DNA from: Callorhinchus milii
Taxonomy: Eukaryota
Length of the DNA: 64,000 bases
Assembly: GCF_018977255.1 (NCBI RefSeq)
Contig: NW_024704749.1
Span: 19,034,001 to 19,098,000, forward strand
Reading direction: 5' to 3'
Every line of letters starts with the position of its first letter. Within the stretch, counting starts at the first letter, position 1. The position numbers and the translations under genes are program-made. The notes under the pieces were generated by a model. That model saw only the letters and a program-made list of their open reading frames with translations. It ran no database searches and was not told the origin of the DNA. Positions 35,845 to 47,374 of the stretch are shown piece by piece.

Positions 35845-35975
35845 AGGTCCTTCAAGTCTTTAGGAAACAAGAGGAAGCTCTGAGTTCGCTGGAGAAGAGA
35901 GTCACCAGATTGCAGGAGCAGCAGGGCCACTTACTGGCCGGTTTCCAGCAGGCAGAACCACCGGCCTGTAACTGA
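35845..35975 (+). CDS. Laminin terminal exon
   Basis: FRKQEEALSSLEKRVTRLQEQQ...PACN*; penultimate Cys as in beta chains. Confidence 0.82.
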
Positions 35976-36470
35976 GACGTTGAAACGCCGCCCGTCTGCA
36001 ATTCTCTCCGCTATGGGACCGGGAATAACAGTCGCAGGTCCCTGGGAGATAGTTAAACGCGTGTTGCTGATCAGCGACTGGAATCTTTACCGTGTTGGTT
36101 CTTGATTTCGTCCCAAGTGTCAGCGCACATTGCATTTATACAGCCCATCTCATGTCGGAAGGACGTCTCAAGGCGCTGGACAGTGAAGGGTTTGCACCCG
36201 AGCTTTGGGGCTGGCTTTGTGTCTCAGGTGAACGTGTTAAGTTTAAGGGAGGATAGAGGAGCAGGAGTGACCCGCTGGGGTTCAGGGGTCTGCAGAAACC
36301 TGGCTCCACCTCGGGGGTCCAGGCATAGAGTCACTGAATGTCCCCGCACAGAAACAGACCACTCAACCTATCAGACTTCTGCTTGTAGTTGTCTCCCTCT
36401 GCAAGTCACAGCTCGAAGCACTGCTGCCACGGCTGCTCTGTGTTTATGAGGCTGTTACCAAACCTGTGCT

Positions 36471-36476
36471 AATAAA
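36471..36476 (+). terminator. Candidate polyadenylation signal of the laminin gene
   Basis: AATAAA about 500 nt after the stop, followed by T/GT-rich sequence. Confidence 0.6.
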
Positions 36477-36508
36477 CTAGCTTTAAGTGTACTTCATGTC
36501 CTGTTATT

Positions 36509-36514
36509 TTTATT
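36509..36514 (-). terminator. MYMK: Candidate polyadenylation signal of MYMK
   Basis: tttatt on + (AATAAA on -), about 1.2 kb downstream of the MYMK stop. Confidence 0.45.
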
Positions 36515-37688
36515 GCTACGTTTCCCACCTTGTGCTCCAATCACCCTCCGCCTGATGCCGAGCTCCGCACCTCTCCGTCTTCCCTGTGATTTACCAGTGT
36601 TTCGTGTCAGTCTGGCTCAGTCGGTAGAAATCCTGCCGCTGTGGGCGGGAAGGTTGTGGGTTCAAATCCCACATTTGGGACTTGGGGTCATATGGTCTAG
36701 TCTGATACTCCGATGCGGTGCTGGGGGAAGAGTTGCATTAGCCAGGGGTGCGGTCACACCTCCACTGTACACTTAAGACAGGAACCACAGATTTAGGGAA
36801 AACTTCTCACTTTATACACTTGGGACCACAACAATATTATAATCTGGAAATCATCACAACATGTCACTCAGTATATTATACAGTTGACGGAATGCCTGCT
36901 CTGTCTGTTACACACCGAATGGTGAGAATACAACCACAACAACAACTTGGATTTAAATAGCGCCTTTTGCGTGGGGTAGGGTCCCGGAGCGCTTGAAATA
37001 CCGAGGGGACTGTAAACGCCGCTGACGCAGGACCTAGTGGAGCCAGTGGCCTGGGATTTGCTCGTCGCCCACGGCGCTCAATGCCCACATTTGCCTGCTT
37101 GGAATTTCGCCGCCTTAACCGGTGGCGGGTTTGCCGAGTTTGTGAATATCGGAAATTAGACCCCAACTGCGTCATGGTGCCTGGCACAGTGGGTAGCACT
37201 TTCGCCTCCGAGACAGACGATTGTGTATTCAAACCCAACGTCAGGACTTTGAACACCTTGCATTTATATAGCGTCCCAGAGCGCTTCCCAGCATGAGGGG
37301 CACTATATAACATACACAGCCTAGGTTGACGCTACAATGCATCCCTGGTGGTGGTGGTAGTAGTGGGGGGGGGGCGGGGAAGGATGTTGCACCATTGAAG
37401 ATGCCAGCCTTCGGATGTTCAAGTGGACGTTAAGCATCCCGTTGCGCTGCTCAAAAAGAGAAGCAAGTTTCTCTCTCTCCCGTTCATTTCACGGCTGATT
37501 GTGGGGCAACGCTGTACGCAAACTGGCTGCCGCGTTCGCCTACAAATACACAGCTCTGAGAGAGCTTTGAAAAGCGCAGGATACCAAACGTAAGGATTGT
37601 TCGTGCTGCGCGGAGGAATGGTCACGCGGCTGACGCAGCTGTAGAACACCACGCGATGCTGACGCGGGGAAAGCCGCAGCCAAAGCGT

Positions 37689-37835
37689 TCAGGCGCAGCA
37701 GCAGAGGGTGCAGCAGCTGAGCTTCATCGGGTTGCCTCCGCCTGTGCCCTGGGAGTTAGTTTTCGGCAGCAGCAGGATGAAGGAGGCGGCCAGGCTGCAG
37801 TGGTAGAAGCTGTGCACGTAGCTGTAATCCCATTC
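37689..37835 (-). CDS. MYMK: Myomaker exon 5 (terminal)
   Basis: EWDYSYVHSFYHCSLAASFILLLPK...KLSCCTLCCCA*. Confidence 0.96.
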   Translation of the reverse strand, partial: EWDYSYVHSFYHCSLAASFILLLPKTNSQGTGGGNPMKLSCCTLCCCA

Positions 37836-38258
37836 CTGCAAAGCAAAGAGCGAGTGTCTGCGCTGGCAACTCAGTCACGGCCCGCTGTAGCACTACCCGT
37901 CTGTCAGCGATGCTCGCCTGCTCTTAATTATGTCACCGACAACCTTTGCTAATTCCTTCTTGTTGTGACGGTTAATTTAATTGTTAACGTCCTGGCCATC
38001 AATGCTCCAAATCAAACTGGTCATTTGCCCACAAAATACAAGTCAATCCACTTTACAATATATTCTGTGAAGCGCTTTGAGACGTGATCAGCCGCTATAT
38101 CAGATGATAGGATTATTATTATTATTAGAGGAGGGCAGGGATGAGGAGGCGTCTGCGTGATGCTGTATGTGGACACTTGTGTACCGCTGTGTGCACAGAG
38201 GGAAATCTGATGCTATGTTTTACCGGGAGTGGAGTGGTGGGAATAGGGTGAGACGTAC

Positions 38259-38375
38259 CTGGAAGAAGAAACGCAGCATTAGAGCCAGCGCCCCAAAGCA
38301 GCAGCCAGGTCCAATCTGCTGTGTGTACACACTCTTATCCGGGTACAGCCCTCTCTTTTCTTTCATCTTCTTTAG
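38259..38375 (-). CDS. MYMK: Myomaker exon 4
   Basis: LKKMKEKRGLYPDKSVYTQQIGPGCCFGALALMLRFFFQ, 117 nt. Confidence 0.96.
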
Positions 38376-40089
38376 CTAAAAAACAAGAGATGATTTTGTA
38401 GATTAATGTTGAAATAATCCTTGCATTTTTATATAGCAAATTTTATCATCATGTGATCGAGATACCTCAGAGCGCTTCACAGGACTTGACTGTAGAGTAT
38501 AGTGACTACGTGTATTTTGTCGGCAAACTCAATTGCCAGTGTGTGCCTAGCAATGTCCCACAAACAGCCATGGATTGAGTGACCAATTTTACCCGGGGGG
38601 TGGTTGGCCAGGACACTGGGAGAGAGAAACTCCCTTCTCCTTTCAAATCGTGCCATGTGGTCATTAAAATCCACCTGAAGAGCTGGACGGCATCTCAGTT
38701 TAACATTTTATCCGAAGGACAGCACCTCTGACATTGCAGCGCTGCCAGCCTAGACTATGAGCTCAAAGTCCCAATGTGGGACTTGAACCCACAACCTTGA
38801 CTCCGAAGCGAGAGTGCTGCCTTTCGAGCCTAACTGCACGATTGAAGTAGAAGGTCTGAAATTACACTCGGTATTAGCCTGCAGGGTCATTTTGTCTGTC
38901 TAAAATGCAAATTTGTGGAAAATCCCGGCTGAATTTGGAAACTGTTGTGCTGGAGTTCTTAAAGAATTACCAGCAACCAAATTAGGACTGAATTTTAATC
39001 TGTAAATGAAAACAGTCTCACAGGCTAAGACTAGGTGGAATTTCGAATCCCCCTTGTTTTCTCCACGTCATTGAAAACCTTATTTCATCTGATCTACTTT
39101 CCGCTGGCAGACAAGCGTTAGGATGTGGAAGCTTCGAGCAGTGTCTCCTTTGCGTCTGCCGCTCGTGAGTTCCACTCGGTGTGGCCAACCTCCAAGAAAA
39201 GCAGGTTGTTTTCATTGTGAAGTGTGAGTGACGCTGTCGGCGGCTCAGTGAGTGATAGCACCTCGCAAGCGAGGGGACCCGGGTTCAATCCCCAGGAGGG
39301 GCGAAACCGTAGGCAAGTTTCCTTATTCCTCGGAGTCAAAAGGTTTTGGGTTCAAGCCCCATGTCGAGACTTTGAGCTCAGTCTAGAAAATGACAGTGCG
39401 CCACCACGTGGCAGCACGTGGTTATTGTTCACATTCCCCCACTGAGTTGGGCAAGAAGTCACTGTGCAGAGTGTGGGGAGGGAAGGTCCAGAGGAGGTGT
39501 GTATTTGGATTGGGGAAGAGGGCTGGAGAGATAATGGTTTGCGTGGGATGTTGGAACAGACTGTAAAAATACACCATTCTAGAACCCAGGAGGATGGCAG
39601 ACCCAAATAGGGCTGAGAACATGGCTTGTTGAGTTTTGTTTCCCAGTTTTCTGAGAAACAGAGATGCAGATACAGAGATTAAGTACAGACACAGACAGAC
39701 ATACTTAGAGGTACACACACAAAAAGATGTACACACCTACATAAACACAGATATATACACACAGATACGTAGATACACACACAAGATGAAGATCACATGA
39801 GAGGTTTGGATGAAGAAGGCCTTTTGGTCCATTTGATCTCATCCTCACAGAATATCTACTATTGTACCCATTGTAGCATTAAGCTGTTTTTTTTAAATGA
39901 GTCCAGTGTCCTGATCTCAAACAACATAGACATAGTAAGAGATGCATAGAGATAAACACAGAGATTGAGACAGAGTCAGACACAGAGCAGCTATTCTGTA
40001 CTGTATTCTTTGATCACATCTTGCATGTGCAGGAATCTGAAGATGAGAGACTTGATACACACACACACGACATAGATAAAATCACGTAC

Positions 40090-40238
40090 AAACTTCACTG
40101 TGATCATGAAGACAGCTGTTCCAATCGGACCCGAGTAAACTCCGTAGCCCCATCGGTTTTGATAAATCCGCACATTCAGTGTCAGAATTCCAAACATAAC
40201 CAGCGTTGACCGTCTGGGCTCCTCAAATTCTGCTAAAG
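40090..40238 (-). CDS. MYMK: Myomaker exon 3
   Basis: LAEFEEPRRSTLVMFGILT..RWGYGVYSGPIGTAV, 149 nt. Confidence 0.96.
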
Positions 40239-40342
40239 CTGATTGGAAAACAGCACATTAATTCCCGTAGCTCAGACTGTGTATGCAATCACCCAGGCAC
40301 TCAGTTCCATCACTATTATGTGCCAGGACCTCGGGTACTTAC

Positions 40343-40457
40343 CTATTAAGGTGACCCACATGGACAGGGCAGTGCCGTAAACGCTGAAATATTCCAGGAT
40401 CTCGTATCTCATGATACAGAGCACGGAGAACCCCGGTCCCTCACATGCATGGAAAAA
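40343..40457 (-). CDS. MYMK: Myomaker exon 2
   Basis: FFHACEGPGFSVLCIMRYEILEYFSVYGTALSMWVTLI, 115 nt. Confidence 0.96.
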
Positions 40458-40627
40458 CTGAAACACAAAACACAGCTCGGTTTTAGCAGAGACACAAAGT
40501 CAGAAACACCATCTCTCCCACTGACAATCTGATAGCCAACTCATCCGAGCATCGACTTTATAACTAAGTAAAGTCTGTCTCCAACATCCCATCAGAGTCT
40601 GCCTCTATCAACATATGTGTCAGTCTC

Positions 40628-40882
40628 TTATCACCTTATGCGTCTGTCTCAATCACCTTATGCGTCTGTCTGTATTACCTTATGCGTCTGTCTCTATTAC
40701 CTTATGCGTCTGTCTCTATTACCTTATGCGTCTGTCTCTATTACCTTATGCGTCTGTCTCTATTACCTTATGCGTCTGTCTCTATTACCTTATGCGTCTG
40801 TCTCTATTACCTTATGCGTCTGTCTCTATTACCTTATGCGTCTGTCTCTATTACCTTATGCGTCTGTCTCTACCACCTTAAG
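40628..40882. repeat. 22-bp minisatellite in MYMK intron 1
   Basis: Tandem ttaccttatgcgtctgtctcta units. Confidence 0.92.
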
Positions 40883-41263
40883 CATCTTAGTCTTTATCAC
40901 CATATGTGTCTGTCTCTATCATTGTGTGCATTTCTTCCGGTATCCCGGCTGAAAATCCCCCAATACAAAAATTGATTGTTCACTTCCTGAATGTTTGTGA
41001 GACATTGTTGTTGGCAAATTGGCTGCCGCGTTCACTTAAGAATACACAGTCACTCCATTTTACAATCCTCTCGATATGAAAAGTGCTCTATCAAATGTAA
41101 GGATTATTATTATTATCACTCTGTGTGTCTGTCTCACTGATTCTTTGGTTTTCTGTCTCCACCTCCGTGTCTGTCTCCGCTCTGTGTTTGTCTCCACCTC
41201 TGAGTATCTATCTCCTGGAGGGAAAGCTCTGAAATGTTGTGTGATGTCCCAGTCGTTTCTCAC

Positions 41264-41398
41264 CGCTATGAAGAACATGGTGAAGAAGTAGACCATGGCC
41301 TCCATGTGGAAGCCCCGCCGGGCCGCGATGGTGATGGTCGGCAGGAAGACCAGGCTGCTGAGAGTTGGGAGAAGGAGTTTGGCGATGGCGGCTCCCAT
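41264..41398 (-). CDS. MYMK: Myomaker (TMEM8C) first coding exon
   Basis: MGAAIAKLLLPTLSSLVFLPTITIAARRGFHMEAMVYFFTMFFIA; the five exons total 663 nt = 220 aa plus stop. Confidence 0.96.
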
Positions 41399-41499
41399 CT
41401 GAAGGACATGAAATCAACAGCTCCAAGAAATCACATCCAGCACGTTTAAAGGTCCCGTTCATCTGGGTTAATGGTTTGAAACATGCTGCATGGCTGCTG

Positions 41500-41965
41500 A
41501 GTGCTGAAAAAACAGCTGCACTAAAAAGGGTTTAAAGTTTAAATGGCCAACACTCAGCCCTTTGTAATTCCTCACTGGAGCCAACAGCTGGTCACCCAGG
41601 AATGGGAGCTCCAGCCACAACTCAGGAAGCACATGTCTGATCTGGATTCACTGGTCGAGACGTTATACTAGTCACGTAAAAAAAAAATCCTTTAAGACAT
41701 TTACAGCTTTAGCAGTATCTCTCTTCTGAGCTGCAGCTCCACAGCTCCAGGTCTCCATGATACTGACTTTTTAGGAAGTTTCTGTGAAATTAAACTGATT
41801 GTCTTTTAATGAGCTACATGATACTGCAAAACCTCCAGCAGCTGACAATATTTATAATGCAGTAAAAACAGCCTCCCCCTGACACAGCCTTTTCCCTAAC
41901 ATCTTGTGGGTAACATTTACATGCCAGTGGGTCAGGCTTTATAAAAGCACCTGTCACCAGTTGAT
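41500..41965 (-). promoter_or_regulatory. MYMK: Candidate myogenic E-box cluster and TATA-like element upstream of MYMK
   Basis: CAGCTG at 41513, 41585 and 41839, CACCTG at 41948, TATAAA on - at 41938-41943. Confidence 0.45.
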
Positions 41966-43254
41966 AGATGTGTACCCCGTTCACCTTCAAACTCTGCCAA
42001 CAACAAGGAAACCAACCCTTCCCCGACGAGCTCTCCAGCAGATGTCAGATTGGTAGCACTCTTGCCTCTAGGTCAGAAGGTTCTAGGTTTTTGACCAACG
42101 CAGGGCGGACACTCTATTGCAGTTCTGGGAGCGTTAATTTTCATAGGTGCTGTGCTTCAAACAAAGAGGATCCTACTAAGGTTATACTGGAAAAGAGAAG
42201 GGGGTTTCTCCCAGCATCCTGACTTGACAATATTCCTCATCGTGTGTGCAAACTTGCTGCTGGGTTTTGCTACAAGAAGCACACAAGAGAAGTTGGAACG
42301 ATTGTAATGTTTTTGGAGCTACACCAAATGCAAGGGTTACTTATTTCTTTTAATCCATCTCCTACACACACACCCCCCCGAGAAATCAATCAGACACAAA
42401 CTTCCCTTTGCAAACCATGCTGGGTATCAGCTCCATAATCTCTACATATTCAGCAACAATGTCCTCAAACAGCTTACCTGCCATTGGCGTGAGACTCACC
42501 AGCCTATGGTTCCCCAGCTCTTCCTCTTTCCCCCTTCTGAACAACGTTTGTGCTGCATTGTCTGCTGTTCTGCGGATGAGACATTAACTCAAGGTCCCGT
42601 CTCCCGTTCAGGTAGACGTTATATATCCCTGGCACTACTTGAAAAGAGTTTCTTCTGGTGTCCTGGCTGACAATCACTCAATTAGATTTGGTCATTCACT
42701 CCATGGCGCTTCATTGCTTTGTACAAATTTGTTTCCATGTTCCCTTACAAGACACAGTCATGACACTTTCCAGTATATCTTTGAAAACTCTGGAACTCTA
42801 ACTTTTGCACTCCCTGCCTCAAACCCTTCGCTTCGCCCCCTCCTTCCCCATCTTCAGGTCGCGCCCGAAGGCCTTCCTCTTCGACAGTGCCTATGGTCAC
42901 CTTCCCCCCCCCCGGCTCGGCCTTGGGCTCTGCCATAGTCAAGCGCTCTGAGACGCCGCACGGCGTGGAGGGCGCTATACAGATGCAAGTTGTTGTTGTT
43001 ATATCGTGTGAAGTGCTTTGAGACGTCCACCCGATGTGAAAGGCACTGTACCAAATGTAAGGATTATTATTACTCTCACCACCATCCTCTTCCTCAGTAA
43101 ATACCGAGGCAAAATATTGAGCTTCTTCTCTATCATACAAGACATTTATTTATTTTTGGTCAGCCGACTGTTTGATACATGCTGATACCCTTCACCATGC
43201 TTGAAAGCATTTAAAACAAACTACTTAAAGTTCCACATATGCATGGAAATTTCC

Positions 43255-43850
43255 CTTTGCCTCGGCCCATCTAGCCTGCCCCACCATTCAATAAGATCAT
43301 GGCTGATCTATTCTAACTCCACCTTCCTGCCTTATCCCCATATCCCTTAATCCACAAGAAATCTATCAATCTCAGTCTTGAATATGTTCAAGGACTGAGC
43401 ATCTACAGCTCTTTGGGGTAGAGAATTCCATAAATTCACTACCCTCTGAGTGAAGAAGTTTTTCCTCAACTCAGTGCGAAAGGGCTTACCCCAAATTTTA
43501 AGACTGTGACCCCTGGTTATAGTTTCTCCAACCAGGGGAAAAAGTCTCCCACGGTCTATTCTGTCATGCCCCTTAATAATCTTATAGGTTTCTAAAAGAT
43601 CACCTCTCATGCTTCTATATTCTAGAGAATATAGGCCTAAATTGCTCAACCTATCCTCATAACTCATCCCCCTCATCCCTGGTACCAACCTAGTGAATCT
43701 ACGTTGTACCCCCTCCAAGGCGAGTACATCCTTTCTTAAATAAGGAGACTAAAACTGCACACAATAATCTAGGTGCGGTCTCACCAGACCCCTATACAGT
43801 TGCAGCAAGACTTCCCTACTCTTATATTCTAACCCCTTTGTAACAAATGC
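43255..43850 (-). mobile_element. CR1-clade LINE 3' fragment (ORF2 C-terminus)
   Basis: ORF 43347-43718: EGVQRRFTRLVPGMRGMSYEDRL..LYSLE..RGDLLETYKIIKG..FFTQRVVNLWNSLP. Confidence 0.9.
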
Positions 43851-46339
43851 CTGCGTAAAGACCCTGCACATCTAATCCGGGAATTTATTAAATGCAGGTT
43901 GGTAAGAGTCAACTGGGGAACTGCTGGAGTTTAAACAGCTAAAAGATATCCACTGTATTTTGCCTCGGTATTTTGCCTCGGTATCCACTGTGCTTTGTGT
44001 TTAAAATGTTTGTGGTTAAATTAATTGAATGGTTTCTGCACTGAGAAATGAACCTCAATGAATTTGGTTCTTATTGATTATTATTCAATAATTCAATTAA
44101 TCTTCAGTGAAATTATGGCTTGTTTCTCTATGTTATATATTTTAAAGTGACACAGAGTATGCTCACTTGTGTTGAATTGTCAAATATATTAATAATGATC
44201 CTTGCATTTGATATAGTGCCTTATATCATCGTTGAGACATCTCAAAGCACTTCACAGAATATATTGTAAAGTGGATTGACTGTATGTTTTGCGGACAATT
44301 TTTTTNCCCGTACATAATATTAAAAAAAACTTGTATTTGATATTGTGTCTTATATTAGCAGGTCTACCTGTCTCTTCCTTCCACAATCTACAGGTTATTC
44401 AGAAATCTGCAGTTCACGTCCTGTCCCGCACTTAGCTCTGTGAGCCTATTACCCCCATCCTTGACCAGCTCTGTTGGCTCCCTATCCCCTCGTGGTTTGA
44501 GTTCAAGATCTTCATCCGAATCTAAATCTCTCCATACTCTTGCTCCCACCCTACCTCTGCGACCTCCTTACCAACTGCTCAGCAGGCACTGGTCCACTTC
44601 ATGTCCCCCACCCCATCAATGGCGGTCAGGCTTTCAGCGTATCTTCCTCCACTTTCTGGAACTCCCGGAATCCATTTGACTCGCACGTTCTCGCCTTTCA
44701 CGTCAGGCGGACATCTCAAAGTACTTCACAAGATTTACTATAAAGTGCAGCCTATGTATTTTTGCAGGAAAATATGGAATATGGAAGTTATCCTTTATAT
44801 TAGAGGCTCTAAATAATGTATGCAACTACCATGCATGAACTTTCAGAAAATATACATCCCATTGTGGAACACCTAACAGCAACTTGCATTTGTATAGCGC
44901 TGTATGGCATCTCGGAGCTGACGTGGAACTGTGGTTGAGGTCGAACTCGTATTCATTTCTAAGAGGAAATTACCTAAATAACTGAAAAGGGAGGAATATA
45001 AAAGGGTGGGTGTGGTTGGGGAGGAAGGAAAGGCGGGAGAATGGATCCAAATGCATTGCTCTTTCAGGGAGTTGGGAAGGGCACGATGCCTGAATGGCTT
45101 CCTTGTCTGTGCTATACATTTCTCCAGTTCTATGTTCTCAATGGATCACAGTCAATGATCTGTTTATGTCACCGCGAGTGTGGTATTAAAATAATAATGG
45201 AAAAACCTTTGGTTTTCTTCATTAAATCAACATTTAACATTTTCCATTTCTTTCTGCGGAGTGATTTTCATGCCTCTTTGGAACACTTGTGATCTTCAAA
45301 TCACATCAATTGGTTAAACGTTAAAAAACAGTAATAACAACTGCTGGAGAAACCATATCCAGTTGTGTTTTTTTTTTCACCATCCAATTATTTATGACTC
45401 CTGTTTCTAATTCACCAATTTAGCAAAGGGAATTCTTTATTCTCGTCTCCCACAGCTCCACGAAGACATTTGAGTTCTGACGTTCGTCTGAAGCTGCTGC
45501 TGGTCTCCGAATGCTGTTTCATGTTACACACAGTTCCCTCCAGCTTACCTTCTCTCTTAGTAACTTGTCACAGTTCGTTTCCCTGACTTTCTGCCACTCC
45601 AAACAATAACAAGACCATAAATAAAATAAAAGTACTGGCAATGTGTCCTTTACCATTAACCACTGTGACCAGAGACACGCACTGATTCCCCCCCACTGCG
45701 GTTCCTTGAATTGGGGCAGGGATTCTTCTCACTCGGCTTCTGTTGTCCCTGCAAAGCCAAAGCTCTTAATGGGTCGGGTGGTCCAAGGTGGACCAGCAGT
45801 GGGAAGTTGGCCAAAGAGTGTTTGCAATGGCAAAGCTGTGCGTTCTTTCTGCTTAAACTCCAGCAGTGCCTTTCAGTGCACCCTCTGGGGTTCCCCAAGT
45901 CCTGGCTCCTGCCCATCTCCAACTAAACTCTGCTGGATTCCGCGAGCAAGGGGGTGCTGCACCCCTCTGCTCTGGGTGGGGGACAGGGACAGAGTGTACA
46001 CTCCATTCCAGGTAAAGGGAATATTTCCAGGGATAAGTGGTACTCAGTCTGGTTTGGAGACTCCTCAGCATGGCCAAGGGTTTCTGTGTATGTTAGACAC
46101 CCGGCTGACTAAAAAAAAAAAAAAAAAAAATCAGTTCCTTTGCAACTTGCCAATTTAAAAATATATTTATGTTTACTGTGCCAACCAGACATGGAAATAA
46201 AAAAAAAAAAAAACTGGGTTTTCTGGCAAAGCATCAACTGTAATGTGGTCACAGCACTGGCTGCGGCTGTCTGCGGAAATGAAAGAATTAGGCTCTATCA
46301 ATTCAATGGGATTTATGAAATATTTTACCTGACTGCATC

Positions 46340-46966
46340 TCCAGGCCGAGCGCCAACGTGGAACAGCCGATCCAGGAGCAGCACACAGCAGGCGGTCTGG
46401 TCTGGCCACGAGGCTGCGGCAGGTGCGTTTGAAAAGCCCGCGCTCCGAGGTGCGAGCGACGCAGGCGCAGTGCCTGACAGAGGGCGGGGCGGCGCAGACT
46501 CACTGCGCTCCGGGGTAAAGCGGGGAAGGGGGCGCAGGCGCAGTACGTACCCCGGAGCAGCACGAGGAGGAGGAGGAGAGGGGGGGGGCGGGGCCGGAGC
46601 GTGTCTGCGCGCGCAGGCGGGTAGGCGGGGCGGGGGCTGGTGGCTGGTGGTTCGGGCGGCGCAGGCGCAGTTCGGGGCGCGGGCGCGGTGCCGCCGGAGG
46701 GCGGGAAGGGCTGCGCTGGGCGGGAAGTGCGAAGCGGCGTCAGCTATAAAATGGGGTATGGAGCGTGCGGCCGGCGGCAGCGGCAACGAGCGAGGCTCCG
46801 GGACCGGCCCCGCACCTGCGCCCCGGGCAGCCCCAGCGAGTACTCACCTCGTCCGTCAGTCAGTCAGTCAGTCACAGCCGGAGGGGGAAGGCAGGACCCG
46901 AGGTACCGGCGGCCATCGTGTCCGGTGGCGCCCACGAGCGGGAACGGTGCGGTGCGCTCGGCGGCC

Positions 46967-46997
<31 letters not shown>

Positions 46998-47140
46998 GGA
47001 GTGAGAGAGAGGGAGAGCCGAGTCGCTGCACTGCACTGTCCGGGGATCCAGCGTACAGGTGAGTGCCAGTCGGCTGCTCGCCTTGGCCTCCCCGAGCGGC
47101 CCAGGTGTAGCTCAGCGCCCACTGCCCGGTCTGTGCCTCG
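46340..47140 (+). promoter_or_regulatory. ADAMTSL2: CpG-island promoter and non-coding exon 1 of ADAMTSL2
   Basis: CpG-rich, several GGGCGG boxes, TATAAAA at 46745, donor CAG|gtgagt at 47058/47059. Confidence 0.75.
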
Positions 47141-47374
47141 CGATGGTTCTCTGTCTGTCTGTCTCTTGAGTGTCCTTTACTCCCCTCATCCTCACCCCCT
47201 CACCCCCTCCCCCTTATAAGTGCAATTCGCTCCTCGAGTTGAGTGAACGAGGAACGTCGCGATCCTGGAGCTAAATATTGGTACAAACGTGTGTGTACCG
47301 GTACTTAAACACACTCTGAAATACAGTGAGAATGTCATAGGCGAATTGTGTTATATGTGTGAAAGACACTGTAC

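Larger units (their letters stand above)
4687..35975 (+). other. Gene span: laminin chain with beta/gamma hybrid architecture plus a trefoil domain (~37 coding exons, ~2140 aa if the single frameshift is corrected)
   Basis: Chain of phase-compatible exons: signal peptide, LN, LE, LF, LE, trefoil, LE, L4, LE, coiled coil, stop, AATAAA; summed exon length 6422 nt, one base short of a multiple of 3. Confidence 0.88.

Noticed and set aside
4687-35975. Naming the gene LAMC3, LAMB1/2/4, NTN4 or USH2A
   Set aside because: LF plus L4 plus trefoil plus coiled coil fits none of them; there is no NTR, LG or FN3 domain
40628-40882. Regular short repeats resembling a CRISPR array (also 7264, 8896, 13107)
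   Set aside because: Head-to-tail units without unique spacers, eukaryotic intronic context, no cas genes
46140-47219. 359-aa ORF over the ADAMTSL2 promoter
   Set aside because: Low-complexity Arg/Gly/Ala translation typical of a CpG island; no recognisable domain and a non-ATG start
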